The position numbers were made by a program, and so were the translations under genes. A stretch of 64,000 nt of DNA from Lama glama (lineage: Eukaryota), in contig CM052816.1 in the NCBI GenBank assembly GCA_028534125.1, forward strand, positions 35,156,001 to 35,220,000, in the 5' to 3' direction. The notes below the pieces were generated by a model. That model was not told where the DNA came from. It saw only the letters and a program-made list of their open reading frames with translations, and did no database searches. Below, in pieces: positions 54,089-64,000 of the stretch (positions are counted from its first letter, which is position 1; each line of letters begins with the position of its first letter).

Positions 54089-54607
54089 GGAAGTATACCA
54101 GTCAGTTCTGGGTTACAGGCATTCACATATCCAACAAATGCTATCAGCCAAGAGGAAACCTTCATGCATTAAGTGAAGACCCATTATTTAAGAAATAAAT
54201 CTGTTTTCTAAGTGACTTTTTAAATAAAGTAACTCATTTTCTTCCTGTACAACAAGAAGTCTTCTGCTTTAGGAACTTGAATCTTAAGTTCTCTGAAAAC
54301 AGACCAAACTTTCAAGCACTTTTTGAAACTAAACCTTGCAAAAAGCTTTGCTACAAAGCCTCTCTTAACCCAGTGGTTTTTAATTAATTTTACTGAGGTA
54401 TAAATCTCCAATGTTAATAATTCTGAATCAAAGAGAAAGAATCTACACACAAATGATCTTTAAGGTTTCAATAAAAATAAAAATTAAAGATTTCCTTGCA
54501 AGACTGTGTCAAACTTAATAACATGCAATGAAGTGACAGAGCTGGAGAAGCAGCAGAGTGTCGGGAGACTTAAAACCATAAATGTTTAATTTGAAAATAA
54601 GACTTCT

Positions 54608-54763
54608 GGGGGAGGGTCTGGCTCAAGTAGTAGAGTGCATGCTTAGCATGCATGAGGTCCTGAGTTCGATCCCCACTACCTATTAAATTAAATAATTAAA
54701 AAAACAAATGAACAAACCTAAATTATTTCCCCCCTAAACAACAAGAACAAATTTTTAAAAAAA
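54608..54763 (+). mobile_element. tRNA-Ala-derived SINE (vic-1-type) with 15-bp TSD
   Basis: gggggagggtctggctcaagtagtagagtgcatgcttagcatgcatgaggtcctgagttcgatcccc. TSD GAAAATAAGACTTCT (54593-54607) / GAAAATAAGACTCCT (54764-54778). Confidence 0.92.
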
Positions 54764-55264
54764 GAAAATAAGACTCCTGTTTTGATAATATGTTCTATAA
54801 TAGCTTGTTAATTGCTATGTAAATTGCTGTTTTATTCATTCATTTTTTTTAAAAAAGAAGATACTATGCAACTATACTAGATGCCAGATACCATATTCAG
54901 GTACCATGCAGAACATTCTTTAAAATGGACCAAAGTTTAAGAAATCTTTTTTAAAACAAATAAGAGAAATAGGAAAAGAGTGAGAGAGACCTACTATACA
55001 AAAGTCTTACTTGGCAAAACTTTCCTGGGTCACAGTTCTGACACGGCACCTTTAAATCATTTGCCTCCCTTTCCAATTCCATGCACTTAAAAAAAAATTA
55101 TGACTTACCTGTTTGTATAATTTCCTCTATTTCTCTATTTTAAATAAATCAACATTTTTATTTTGTTGCCTATAACAACCATCCACCTTTACATCACGTT
55201 CATCAGGGAAAAACCCCATTTTATATTTTGAGAATAATTTAATAAAATGTTACATTTAAAAAAT

Positions 55265-55510
55265 AATTATAGATAACATGGGTAAGGAGCTTTTTATGAG
55301 CTAGGCATTGTTTTAAACATTTTAGGTGGATTATCTCATTTAATCCCCCATAATAACCCTATGAGGTAGGTTCTATCACAAGCCCTAGTTTACAGATGAG
55401 AAAACTGAGGCACAGAAAGGTGAACTAACTTGCCCAGTGTTACATGTCCAATAAATGGTTAATCCAGGATTCACATACAAGCAACCGTGCTCCAAAATCT
55501 AAGCAATTAA
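55265..55510 (-). mobile_element. MIR SINE, near full length
   Basis: ctcatttaatccccataataaccctatgaggtagg..tttacagatgagaaaactgaggcacagaaaggtgaactaacttgccc. Confidence 0.88.
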
Positions 55511-56095
55511 CTACAATTCTATGCTTCCTGGGCTAAGTCCCTGCTCCACCTCAACAAATGTATTCTGTTGCCAAAACAGAGTCTCAAAGGATGCATTAGC
55601 AATTTATTAATTTTGTCTTTTTGCTATAGGTTGACACACTCAATAAACAATGAATTTTAACTGTCAAAGTTCTTTCCTTGGTTTCATTTTTCTCCCTAGG
55701 CTATTTAAAACATATAACGTAGATTTACTTATATTCTTCACTCTTTCTGTATTTCCTGTTTGGTTGTATTTATTTATTCTTTCAATACTTACTGAGCATT
55801 TACTAGGTGCCTGGCATATAAATTCAGAGGTTCATAAAATCACAGAACTTCAAGTCTGGGAACAATCTTGGAGATAAAATAAAATTAATGTTCACAGTCA
55901 AGGAGTATAAAATCTAGAAAAGCTAGATTTCTCACATCTTGTTCTAGCCAAGAAAAATATAATTCAGGTATTCCTTCTGTGATCATTTGTACCTGCTGGT
56001 TTTACTCTTCACAACTAGAAACATTTGATATCATCTAAATACCTCACTAGGTAGTCTTTCAGATCACTTACAAAGAAAATAAACACAAAGGATGC

Positions 56096-56533
56096 TGCAT
56101 TAGAGTCCTAGGTCTGCTGTTAACAAAATACGACAAACTGGGTGGCTTAAAGGAACAGAAATTTATTTTCTCAAAGTTCTGGAGGACGCTAGAAGTCTGA
56201 AATCAAGGTTATGACACGGTCATTCTCCCTCCAAAATCCCTCGGGAAGGATCCTTCCTTGCCTCTTACAGCTTCAGGTAGCCCCAGGCAATCTCTGCGTG
56301 TGGCAGTGTAACTTCAATCTCTGCCTCTTTCTTCACATGGCTGTATTACCTGTATGTCAGCCTATGTTTTCTTCTAATAAGGAATAAAGTCATATTGAAT
56401 CAGAACCTATCCCAAAGACCTCATCTTAACTTGATTACATCTACAGATCCTATTTTCAATTAAGGGCTGTTCACAGGTACTGGGTATTAGGATTCCAACA
56501 TGTCTTTTTCAGGAAATAATTCAACCCGTAACA
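56096..56533 (-). mobile_element. MaLR LTR (MLT1C-like), near complete
   Basis: tgcattag..gctgttaacaaaatacgacaaactgggtggcttaaa..cagaaatttattt..ttcaacccgtaaca. 5-bp flanks GATGC / GATGG, consistent with a TSD. Confidence 0.88.
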
Positions 56534-56897
56534 GATGGGATTATTAACTGCTTAAGTACCTTGATGTTTATACTTTTCCAGCTAAATAAATACCTATTTC
56601 CACCCTTTGATTTCTGATTTTAAACCTTTTCTTGGGCCGTGCTAAAAGTACATTTCCCATCCAGCGGTGACTTACCATTTAGTCATCTTTGATAAAGAAC
56701 ACTGTCAAGTCTTTCCCGAAGCCTAAGTAGATGATTTTATATGCTCTATTACCTTCATGTAAAAGAACTCCGAGAATAATCAGTTAGGCACGATTTCTTC
56801 CTCTGAAAATGTTCCCTTTCCCCTAGAAGGTAATTTTACTTAAATATTTGATCACTCTATTTGTTATTATGAATTCTAAGAGCTTGCCCAATATTCA

Positions 56898-57890
56898 GAA
56901 AATATTTACTGAGCCTCCACTATTTGCCAAGTACTGCTCAAGGCAAAGAATGTTGTGGTAAACAAAATGAGGGTGATTGTCTTGTAGGAGCTGCAGTTTG
57001 GGGGTGCTAGTAAAGATTATAGGGGAAGAAAATAGATACTAAAACCATTCATACATATGTATATACACAATCAAATGAGTTAATAACATATAAGTACACA
57101 CACTAAAGTATTTAATGCATAGAAATGCTTAGAAGAAACCTCCCACTTAGTAAACGTTAGCCAACAAAACAGTAGTAGTAGCAGCAAAAATACTAGAAGT
57201 ACGTGTCACGTAAGAAATGGAAAAGGGCAATAGGACACCTAGCAATGGTAGGGATGGAGGGATGATAATATAAAAGCCTATTACAGCTAGAGAAGTCACA
57301 GAGATGTCTCAAAGGAATGACATTTGAGCTGAAATGATGAAAAGAAGGCAGTTAGACATATGAAGAACCGGGGAAAGAGTTATTAAGGAGAGAGGAAACA
57401 GAAAGGCCCTGAGATGAGAATAGGCTTGGTCTGCTCAAAGGGCAGTGAGATCAGAAAGGCTAGATGTGGTAGATGAGGAGGAGTAGGCTATGCTGGGGGC
57501 AGGCGGGCAGGGACATGATCATGTAGTTTAAGCTTTGCTAAGGAATTTTATTCTAGTTACATAAGGATGCCACTGGAGGGCCATAAGCAGGAGCTATACA
57601 AGATGACATTAAGATCAACTTTAGTTACTATACAGAAAATATAATGTAGGAAGAGCAAGGGAGCAGACAGATAGTCTGGCAGAAGCAGTCCAAGCTACAC
57701 TTTCTGATGTGTTTTATTAGGATGATCACAGTGAAGGTGCTGCCAAGAAGTCAGATTTGGGACGTATTTTGGGAGTGGCACCATGAGAATTTACTGATGG
57801 AGCGGATGTGAGCTTTGTGAAAGAGTGAACACAGGGCAATTCCCACGATTTTTGGCTTTAACAGCTAATTTGCAATTTACTAAGAAGACG
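56898..57890 (-). mobile_element. L2 element, about 1 kb, interrupted
   Basis: aaatatttactgagcctccactatttgccaag..tgacatttgagctga..gccactggaggg..gtcagatttgggacgtattttg. Confidence 0.75.
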
Positions 57891-58271
57891 AATATTATGA
57901 TACTTGCAGATTTGAGGGTATTGACAAGTTTAAATGAGCGTATCAGTCCAATTACTGAATGAAATGATCAAATTCTAAGTCAGTCTTTATAAATTAAATT
58001 CACTTTCAGCATGTTTTCTCCATGCAAATGAACTGTCACACATTATATATAATACCAGAAATAACAAAGAATTTTAAATGATCAGAATAACCAAAGCATT
58101 ACTTTCACATATTTAAGAACCACATGGCAGGGTGATGACTCTTGGTAGGCATGTTAAAAACAGTAAAACCTTGACATATAAATTTCAAAACTGTATGCAT
58201 TAATTTAATTTAATTTTTAAAATGTAAGGTGAAAAATAGCTCAATTTCAGAAACTGGGTTTCTCTGACACT

Positions 58272-58290
58272 GAGCTCCACCTGCTGGTAA
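58272..58290 (-). promoter_or_regulatory. Strong CTCF core motif
   Basis: Minus strand TTACCAGCAGGTGGAGCTC. Core CCAGCAGGTGGAGC differs from CCASYAGRKGGCRS at one commonly tolerated position. Confidence 0.5.
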
Positions 58291-58336
58291 CTTCTTATCG
58301 TTAGGTATTTCTTTTCTTTAGGTATTACACTCTGAA

Positions 58337-59175
58337 AAAGAATAAAACTCCTAGAGGAAAACATGGGCAGAACACTCTTTGACATAAATTGTAGCAAATT
58401 TTTTTTGGATCTGTCTTTTAAAGCAAAGGAAATAAAAGCAAAAATAAACAAATGGAACCTAATTAAACTTAAAAGCTTCTGCACAGCAAAGGAAAACCAT
58501 TAACAAAACGAAAATCTACTAAATGGGAGAAAATATTTGCAAATGATATGGCCAATAAGGGGTTAATATCCAAACTATACAGCTCATACAACTCAACATC
58601 AGAAAAACAAACAACCCAATTAAAAAATAAGCAGAGGACCTGAATAGATAATTTTCCAAAGAGGACATACATATGGCCAACAGGCAAATGAAAAGATGCT
58701 CAACGTTGCTAATCATCAAGGAAATGCAAATCAAAAACACAATGAGATATCACCTCACACCTATCAGAATCACTATCATCAAAAAGAACACACATAACAA
58801 ATGTTGGTGGGATGTGGAGAAAAGGGAACACTCGTACACTGTTGGCAGCAATGTAAACTAGTGCAGCCACCGTGGAAAATAGTATGGAGGTTTCTCAAAA
58901 AACTAAAAATAGACCTACCATATGACTCAGCAATTCCACTGGTGGGTATTTATTTGAAGAAAACAAGGACATAAATTTGAAGAGATACATGTACCATATG
59001 TATAAAATAAGCTACAAGGATACATTTTACAACATAAGGAATATAGCCAGTATTTCATACTATTATATAACTATAAATGGAGTATATTCTTTAAAAATTG
59101 TTAATCACTATATTATACACCTACAACTTATCTAATATTATACATCAACTATACATCAGTAAAAACAGAAAGAAA
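58337..59175 (+). mobile_element. 5'-truncated L1 with an internal deletion near 58995
   Basis: ORF2 peptide [32 protein letters not shown]. Jumps from agagatacatgtacc straight into 3' UTR text (ctacaaggata..catcaactatacatcagtaaaaa). Confidence 0.9.
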
Positions 59176-60559
59176 AGCTTTTTCTTATCAGCTGGATCTC
59201 ATTTGACTCTACTTGACTTTCTCCTTCCACCAATCCTGTTCTCACAGTTCTTTAGTCACTGACCTCTGAAACCAGCCACCTTTCACATTTCCCAAGTTAC
59301 TAGCTACCCCTTTTCCTCCTTATTCATGCTAAGCCCATTTCTTTCCACCTATAGCCCTGGCCTTCTCACAGAAAAAGAAGTCAGTTCTCCTTTCCAAATT
59401 TCAAGACCTTTTCCTTTCGATTTCTCCTCTAATTTTTTTCTACATCTCTCAATCTAAACTACTTTTGAAAAGGGAAAGGCCAGGCCTAGACGAAACTGTA
59501 AAATATATTAAATTCACCTTCAGCAATCTCTTACTTTCTCTTTTAACACCACACCCACTCACTAGCCTGCTTACCTGTATTGGGACCGCCATCAAATTCT
59601 TTTAACATGCTTGCACTACCCACTGAGAGTAACTGCCACTCTCTTTAGCGACCCAAGCTCCTGATTTTCGGTACTTATCCATATCTCACAACACTTAGTG
59701 TGCTACTTTGATAAGAGGCATTCAGAATTTAAAAGAGCTCTTTAAGACAAAATCCTTTGCCCAGCAGTTCTCAAACTTTTTTCAACTCCAGGAGACCTGA
59801 AGGATGCAACACTTTCTCAGCATACTAAGCTTACGATTTTGCCTATATAAGATGAGGTATTTCTACTAACAGCATAAGTGAATCTAGGACATTTTCATTC
59901 TCAATGCTATTATTTACTGGCCTCTCAGACATTCTCCTTCATTTATTGAGATCTTTGCAAGTGGCTTATGATTATTTTTTTTCTAAAAGAACCCCTAACA
60001 TTATCAGAATTATTCTTGTATTTCTAAGTTCCTTGGATGTCTTCATCTCCAACAATGTTCATTCATGCTTAACTTCAGCATCACATTATCCCATTCACAA
60101 CTACCAGTCAGAACTGCTTCACTTGTGAGAGTTCAGACCACACTTAATAGCTTCTTACAAACCTCTTTTTATCTTACTCTAACTATACTTGTTCTTAAAC
60201 TAGATTAAAACAATCAGTCCTTGAACTACTCTAAGATTTTTCTCCCAGGACTTCAGCCCTTATATCCCACCTTTTTTTTTTTTTTGCTATTTCTTCCATA
60301 GGGTGGATAGGACCAGCATCCATTCTGGCTGTCCGGAGTCCATGATAGGGGGCCAAAAAATATAAAGCATTTAGGCAGACCATTTAGAGAAACTGCTGCT
60401 TATCCCAAGAATTATAAGTAGCCATTCTTGGAGAGGGGGGACAATATAACCAGATTTGTTCTGATCTGAAATTTTAAAAGATTACTTCAGCTGGAGCATG
60501 GTGAATAGGCTGAAAGGAGGCCACTGTGGATGGTAACAGACAAGTTAAATAACTCATTA

Positions 60560-61100
60560 TTTTCTAATTGCATTTCTTAATCATTATTTTCATTACTAGT
60601 GTGGTTGAATTTTTCATATTTTTATTAAAGCTTATATTTTCTTTATTATGCATTTCTTATTCATGTTCTTTGTCCATTCTAAATTGATGCATTACTTTTA
60701 TAAACCAATTTGGATGATTTGCTTGCATATTTTAAAACATTAATCCTTTGTCATATTTGCAGCACATATTATTTCTAGCTTTTACTCTGTAATTTAACTT
60801 TTGTTTTTCTACATAGAAAAATGTTCACTTATATTTTCTTCAGTAGTTTTGCAGCTTTTTTTTATATTTGAGTAATATATCTGAAATTTATTTTTTTATG
60901 TGGCATGAGCTTAAGATCCAAACTGATATTTATCAAACATATAGAATAGTCTTTCAATCTTTCATTTTCCTTAAAATAGTCTTATATCCTTATATTAAGA
61001 CCACATATAGGCTTCTTTGAGCTGAGTATTCTTTTCTATTAATCTACCTAAATGTTCTTGTATTTTACTATGCTGTTTTAAATAATGTAACGTTCTAGCT
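60560..61100 (-). mobile_element. Old degenerate L1 fragment
   Basis: ctaattgcatttctt..ttctttgtccatt..attaatcctttgtcatatttgcag: T-rich antisense L1 text. Confidence 0.55.
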
Positions 61101-62819
61101 GTTCAAATGTTACGTTTCTAACATCATCAGTATGAGAGCATTCAATCAAGTTTCAAAATGAAAGCAGATAAAAGAATATGAATTTGTTTATATTCTTCTT
61201 GTAGTCCCTTATAACATGTGCTACACAGTACACAGAAGTATAACTGATTTTTTCTGATTGAGTTGCTTCTCCTTCAAAGGATTAAATGATTTTTAAACAA
61301 TTTTGAGAATTTATCTGGAAGAATTGGCTCCTACACTAAAAGATCTCTAGGTAAATTCTGACAGAGAAAAATCTTTCCTTAGTCCAAGATCTTACACCAT
61401 TCATTTGAGATTTACAAACTAAACCAATGATTTTAAAAATTAACAGCTGAGTCTTAATCTTTTAAATATTAATAATAAGAAATAATTTTCTGCAGAACAT
61501 TATAATAAAAGGGAAAATTTATTAGGATTTAAAATTCTTTCATTAGGTACCAAATGAATCAGTAAATCATAATATTCACATATTCTCTTTATTAAACCTC
61601 TCAATTAAATTAAAGAAATTAATGTGTCATAAAAATAATTTTCAAAGTTTAAGACAAAAGACTTCGGAGATAAAAATATATGAATCCTTCGCTACTACAT
61701 GCAAGGTCAACCGTCTACCTACAAATCAAGTCAAAAGATAAATTTTAAGACAGACACTATTCAGTTTAATCAAGGACTTAGCAAATAAATTGTAGAGGCT
61801 GAAATAACTTTCTTCAGATAGAAGGAAATTAGATTATTTTAAAATTTTTAGGAAATGTCCTGAATATGTTATGCAGTGCTTCACATGCCAAGTAGTTGCT
61901 TTTGATTGATTTACTTTAATGGGTGTAAAAAAAAAACCAAAAACCAAAATTGTATAATATAGGAAAAAAGGAAGAATTGTATTCATTCATGAATAGAAAT
62001 TTTTAGCAATTTTATTATTCAGTATCATGAAAAATTAACCATGTTTCTAAAAATATTTTTTCTTTAGATGATTAAATTTCTCCTGTCTTTTCAAACAATG
62101 TATCTGTGTTAAACTACAATATGTAATAGTCCAAAGATTTTCTTAAATTTTTAATTAACACAGAATGAATGTCAGTTACTACTGTCTAAAAGTTAAGTAA
62201 ACAGTAATCCAAGAAAAAAATCCACAGAAGAAAATCTAATTACTGTGTAAATAATAATAAAATCACTATTAATAAATTAAAATGCTATGTTACATTTAAC
62301 TTTTTTGTGAATTTGCATTAAGTCACCTAACTTTTCTGCTTTCATTTTTCATTTTTATCTTGAGTGGTATTCCAGTATTCCTAATTTCCTTGGAAATGTA
62401 GATTTGGGAGTCATCAATTGATGTTTAAATCATGACAGAAGGGAAAGAAAGCCCACAGATACATGATTGAAAAGAAAAGAAAAGGACTGAAGGCCAAGGC
62501 CTCCAGGCTAAAGCCTGAGGAATATTAATGATCAATTTCATCACAGCACTTAACGCTGATGTTTTCTTGTTAATCAATTATTTATGGCAACTTTCTGCCT
62601 GCTGAATGCTGATTTTCAAGTGCAGAGACCTTGTCTATTATTCCTGGATGCCTCCATCTGTGGCACACAATAGATACTTACAGAAGTTGGTTAACACTGT
62701 CTAATAAGAAGGCAGAGGAGGGGAACAGGAGAATGGGGACAAAGGTACAAGGTATAGAAGAAAAGATTTAAAAAGAGAAATGGAGAGGATAGGGAAAAGA
62801 GAAGGGACCAAAAGCCAAG

Positions 62820-63010
62820 TGCATACTAAGCACCTTCCTAACTATCTCTGGGGCTCTAGAATGTGCCTTTGTCTTCGCATTCACTCCTTTAGTCCCCGTA
62901 ACAATTCTGTAAGGTGCACATTACTAATTACATTTTACAGATGAAGAAACCGAGGTTTAGGGGTGTAAAAATTCACTTAAAGCAACTGAACTCATGACGA
63001 TTAGATTCAA
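62820..63010 (-). mobile_element. MIR SINE
   Basis: aacaattctgtaagg..cattttacagatgaagaaaccgaggtttag. Confidence 0.7.
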
Positions 63011-63553
63011 GTTTCCACATTTTCTCCACCCTGCCCTGCTGGTAAAAAGACAGCCTTTAAATAACACTGAAAGAAAGGAATCAACAAAGAATGAAGAAAA
63101 AACAGAGTTCAACTAATAGAATGAATAAATAATAGTATGGCATAAATTGACAACAAAGAGTTATTTTTGAAAGGCAATATGAGTATTAAAAGCTGTTAAT
63201 TGAATTTTCCATCACTGCAAACTTTAAAGAAAAATGTTATTTTAGGAATGAAGTTATAAAATACAACGGCATTTAGGAATTTTTTTCTTTCAAACTATTA
63301 AAGAAGACTGGCATTAATATAACATGAGTAATATTTGTGTAAAAATTGCTTTGTGCAAAATTTTAAACATAAATTTTAACCAAGTAGTAGAAGAAGAAAG
63401 TGGGCTTCAAGTAAACTAATAACACTAAAACTTTTCTTTAAAAAATTAGCTGGTCAATGCTATTGATGTCAGCAATACATAAGTAATAAGTTAATTACAT
63501 GATACTTTATTTAAAAAATATTTTGTAACCTATTATGGCTAAAGGACACAATA

Positions 63554-63837
63554 CAGTCGGCCCTCCATATCTGTAGGTTCTACACTCACAGATTCAACCA
63601 AATGGAGATCAAAAATATCTGGGGAAAAAAAAAATTCCAGGAATTTCCAAAAAGTAAAACTTCCGTTTGCCCTGTGCAGTCAACTATTCCCATTGCATTT
63701 ACATTGTATTAGGTATTATAAGTAATCTAGAGATGATTTAAAGTATCATCATGGGTGTAGGTTATATGCAAATACTAAACTGTAACTACAGCAGGGGCTC
63801 CTGGAACCAATCCCTCTTGGATACCCAGGCAAGTCTG
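63554..63837 (-). mobile_element. MER2-like TcMar-Tigger DNA transposon
   Basis: Ends CAGTCGGCCCTCCATATC.. and ..GGATACCCAGGCAAGTCTG form degenerate terminal inverted repeats. TA dinucleotide on both sides (63552-63553, 63838-63839). Confidence 0.88.
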
Positions 63838-64000
63838 TACTTCAAACACAATGCAGATCTCAAACATGCTTATCTATCATCTAAACTAATAGGATACATT
63901 TTTAAAAGATTTATGCTTAATGAAAAATAATACCAAGACCAAGAATAAAGACTAGCCGAGAAATAAGCACACATTAAGTCATCATTCCTGTGATACTCAA

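Noticed and set aside
54200..64000. Upstream constitutive FER exon (ending ..EEDARSVTSM) or other F-BAR exons
   Set aside because: No matching coding sequence was found on the minus strand, so it must lie beyond the window end.

Overview
Mammalian genomic DNA, AT-rich and almost entirely intronic. The tRNA-Ala-derived vic-1-type SINEs and the young L1 family point to a camelid (inference). The window lies inside the FER non-receptor tyrosine kinase gene, transcribed on the minus strand. Three constitutive coding exons have canonical GT-AG junctions, all phase 0: 28501-28593 (93 bp, FX-SH2 linker), 17740-17943 (204 bp, N-terminal part of SH2 with FLVRES) and 6541-6663 (123 bp, rest of SH2). 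They correspond to human FER exons 11-13 as I recall the numbering; two of the three are missing from the ORF track. About 25 kb upstream, at 53813-53950, is a 46-codon ATG-initiated exon with a strong donor. It matches the unique N-terminus of the testis-specific FerT isoform and carries a C-x2-C-x12-C-x2-C motif. CTCF/BORIS-like motifs, a possible splice acceptor and an upstream ORF lie next to it. The rest is L1, L2, MIR, MaLR/ERV LTR, DNA transposon and SINE relics, microsatellites, and one 500-N gap that looks like an assembly artefact. There are no prokaryotic-type systems (CRISPR, operons, rRNA), and I found no wholly new gene system. The most interesting biology is the alternative FerT exon and possible kinase-less FER isoforms. 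Repeat subfamily names and boundaries were assigned by eye and are approximate unless TSDs are given.
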